DNA of 64,000 bases from Bacillota bacterium (GTDB lineage Bacteria > Bacillota > DTU025 > MWDF01), in contig JAKQNF010000016.1 of assembly GCA_029565935.1 (NCBI GenBank), positions 116,031-180,030 on the forward strand. Direction: 5' to 3'. Below the pieces are notes generated by a model. That model was not told the DNA's origin, did not search any database, and saw only the letters and a program-made list of their open reading frames with translations. Every line of letters begins with the position of its first letter. The stretch's first letter is position 1. The position numbers and the translations under genes were made by a program. Shown here in pieces: positions 62,079 through 64,000 of the stretch.

Positions 62079-62414
62079 GTGTGCTACTTGGTTGAGGAGG
62101 CCCTTCAAGTCCTTCTGAAAGCGGAAGCCGATGCAGAACAGCTGGTGGCCGACGCGAAAGCGAAATCACACGAGATCATAAAGAAGGCCGAGCGCTCGGC
62201 ACAGGAAGAGATGGACGTTTCCATTGCAGATGGGAAGTCTAAGGCTTCCGACGTGGCCGCGGAGTACGATTCAAAGGCCAGGGCCGAAAGGGAAGAGGTT
62301 AAAGCCGTAACGGCCGGCAGGATCGCGGAGGACGAGAAGTTCGCCTCCGCTAATAAAGCCATCGCCCTCAAGAAGGCGATGGAGAGGATTGTGAGAGCAA
62401 ATGGCCATCGCTGA
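62079..62414 (+). CDS. V/A-type ATP synthase peripheral-stalk subunit (G/H-like)
   Basis: ~110-aa all-helical charged protein (EEALQVLLKAEADAEQLVADAKAKSHEII) immediately upstream of subunit I. The likely start is TTG 62088, after GGAGG. Confidence 0.6.
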   Translation: MCYLVEEALQVLLKAEADAEQLVADAKAKSHEIIKKAERSAQEEMDVSIADGKSKASDVAAEYDSKARAEREEVKAVTAGRIAEDEKFASANKAIALKKAMERIVRANGHR

Positions 62415-64000
62415 GATGCTGAAAGTGGCCATAGTGGGATTCAAGGATGACGCTGAGCGCGTGACCGACATTATGCAGAAATGCGGCGCCGTGCAGGTAG
62501 AATCCTTCCAGTATGAATCACTTGGAAGCGGAAGGTTGGACAGGACGGTGGACATCCAATCCGGCATCGCCCACTACGAATCATTCATCCAGGACATGAA
62601 ATACGTCCTGGATTTCATGGACAAGCACAAGGAGTTAAAGAAGTCCTTCATGGCATCCTTCATCGGATGGCATTACAGGATAGGCGAGAAGGAGTACGGC
62701 AAGTACGTCGACGAGGGGGAGGCCCTCGCCTTAAGGCTCACCGAAGAGGCCAGGAACCTCGATACGGCGATAGCCTCAGTCAATGAGCGCATAATGGGAG
62801 CATCCCATGACATAGAGTTGCTTGCTCCATGGAAGGACCTCGGTATAGCGCCCTCGTCATATAGCGGTGTACGTAGCGTCGACGCGCTCTTCTTCTCGAA
62901 GGAGAAGTCGCGTAGGGAAGTCCCGCTGTCGGAAGTGCTCGAAGACGTAAAAACCTCTGCCGCCTGGCAGGATATGGGATTCGACGAACGCTGCACATAC
63001 TGCCTGGTGCTCGCGGAGAAGTCCTCTTCACAGGCCGTATCCGAGGCGATGGCGACCGCCGGTTATGCGCTCGCTGAGCTGCCTTGGGCGGAGGAGCGCC
63101 CGGACGAGGCGATCGCAAGGCTCAACGAGGAACTTTCTAGGCTCAACGGTGAACTGGCCGTTCTCGTCAAGAAGGCGGTCTCCTTTTGTGACAACAGGGC
63201 CGCTGCCTTCTCTCTCTTCGACCATTTCTCTAACAAGAAATCCCAGCACGAGACCGCGTCAGGATTCATGGCCTCCGGCACCGCGTTCCTTTTGGAAGGC
63301 TGGATAAGGAAGGACAGGCTCGCTCCTTTCGAAAAGGCCGTCAAGGCTGAAGCGCCAAAAGCGGCGGTGATGACAAGACAACCCGCCGAGGACGAGGACG
63401 TGCCGGTCGACTTGATAAACAAGGGCGTCTTCTTCCCGTTCGAGGCGGTCACCAGGATAATGGGGCTGCCCAGGCAGGGCAGCATCGACCCGACCCCTCT
63501 TCTTGCGGTGTTCTTCTTCATCTATTTCGGGACATGCATGGGAGACGCCATCTACGGCGTGATACTCACTCTCGCCTCACTGTACATGATGAAGAAGATA
63601 AAGACGGCCGGCATGGGCACGATGCTGCTGCAGCTCATGACCGCCGGTGGCATAGCCACGATAATATTCGGCATACTTACGGGAGGGTATTTCGGCGACC
63701 TGTTCTCAAGGTGGATAAAGCCCCTCTGGTTCGATCCCATGAGCGAGAACGGCCCGCTGATCTTCCTCGGTTACGCCTTCGCGATGGGCGCCTTCCAGGT
63801 GCTCTTCGGGATGGGCATCAAGGCGTGGGACAACGTAAGGAACGGCAAATGGCTCTCGGCCATCTACGACCAGGGCTTCTGGGTCGTGCTCCTGCTTGGG
63901 GTAGGTCTGCTCATAGGCGGCGGCGCTCTCGGCGAGATATATTCCAAGGTAGGGAAGTACATGGCCATAGCCGGGGCCATAGGCCTCGTGCTCACGCAAG
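62401..64000 (+). CDS. V/A-type ATP synthase subunit I (partial, continues beyond window)
   Basis: The frame is open from ATG 62401 to the window end and is not in the track. N-terminus is MAIAEMLKVAIVGFKDD. The soluble domain is followed by membrane helices with DPTPLLAVFFFIYFGTCMGDAIYG, typical of subunit I. Confidence 0.85.
   Translation, partial: MAIAEMLKVAIVGFKDDAERVTDIMQKCGAVQVESFQYESLGSGRLDRTVDIQSGIAHYESFIQDMKYVLDFMDKHKELKKSFMASFIGWHYRIGEKEYGKYVDEGEALALRLTEEARNLDTAIASVNERIMGASHDIELLAPWKDLGIAPSSYSGVRSVDALFFSKEKSRREVPLSEVLEDVKTSAAWQDMGFDERCTYCLVLAEKSSSQAVSEAMATAGYALAELPWAEERPDEAIARLNEELSRLNGELAVLVKKAVSFCDNRAAAFSLFDHFSNKKSQHETASGFMASGTAFLLEGWIRKDRLAPFEKAVKAEAPKAAVMTRQPAEDEDVPVDLINKGVFFPFEAVTRIMGLPRQGSIDPTPLLAVFFFIYFGTCMGDAIYGVILTLASLYMMKKIKTAGMGTMLLQLMTAGGIATIIFGILTGGYFGDLFSRWIKPLWFDPMSENGPLIFLGYAFAMGAFQVLFGMGIKAWDNVRNGKWLSAIYDQGFWVVLLLGVGLLIGGGALGEIYSKVGKYMAIAGAIGLVLTQ

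Noticed and set aside
1-64000. Search for CRISPR arrays, IS elements, transposases, integrases, prophage genes, rRNA, toxin-antitoxin pairs and additional UGA-split selenoprotein genes
   Set aside because: I saw no regularly spaced direct repeats, no recombinase or transposase-like ORF, and no rRNA-like sequence. Apart from selD, I noticed no same-frame ORF pair separated by a single TGA. The visual scan was not exhaustive, and a computational repeat and SECIS scan should confirm it.

Overview
This is a densely coding, GC-rich bacterial chromosomal segment (GC judged by eye, not computed), mostly plus-strand. I count about 50 protein genes, 2 tRNAs and 1 riboswitch. I saw no rRNA, CRISPR array, transposase, integrase or phage genes. 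Contents in order: (1) a partial single-chain tandem TetR regulator on the minus strand, which runs off the left edge and is absent from the ORF track; (2) a KAS III-like gene, an SDR and a Liv-type ABC importer whose LivM permease is fused to an alpha/beta hydrolase; (3) a lipoprotein, an orphan secreted protein and a 5'-nucleotidase; (4) a large S8 subtilase with a FlgD-Ig/T9SS-like C-terminal domain, followed by a PorV-like and a small outer-membrane beta-barrel; (5) a tryptophanase-family lyase and a CarboxypepD_reg-repeat lipoprotein; (6) a polyferredoxin, AOR and MoaD-like module plus a Ski2-like helicase; (7) a CYTH-like candidate with Ppx/GppA, then TctCBA, then YtxH/DUF948; (8) the full selenocysteine machinery: tRNA-Sec, selD (which carries an in-frame UGA-Sec that the ORF track truncated), selA and selB; (9) a cobalamin riboswitch with btuFCD, then cobO; (10) HtrA, ThyX, an MFS transporter and the c-di-AMP receptor DarA; (11) a sensory [FeFe]-hydrogenase (HydS/HfsB-like) plus PP2C phosphatase module directly upstream of a trimeric NuoE/NuoF/HydA hydrogenase; (12) SPOR-SpoIID, GerM and DegV; (13) a 1343-aa outer-membrane barrel/propeller protein; (14) tRNA-Arg(CCG) and the start of a V/A-type ATPase operon. 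Several proteins end in an OMP-type C-terminal Phe, so the host is probably a diderm anaerobe; its lineage cannot be assigned from this window. Most long minus-strand ORFs in the track are antisense shadows typical of GC-rich DNA.
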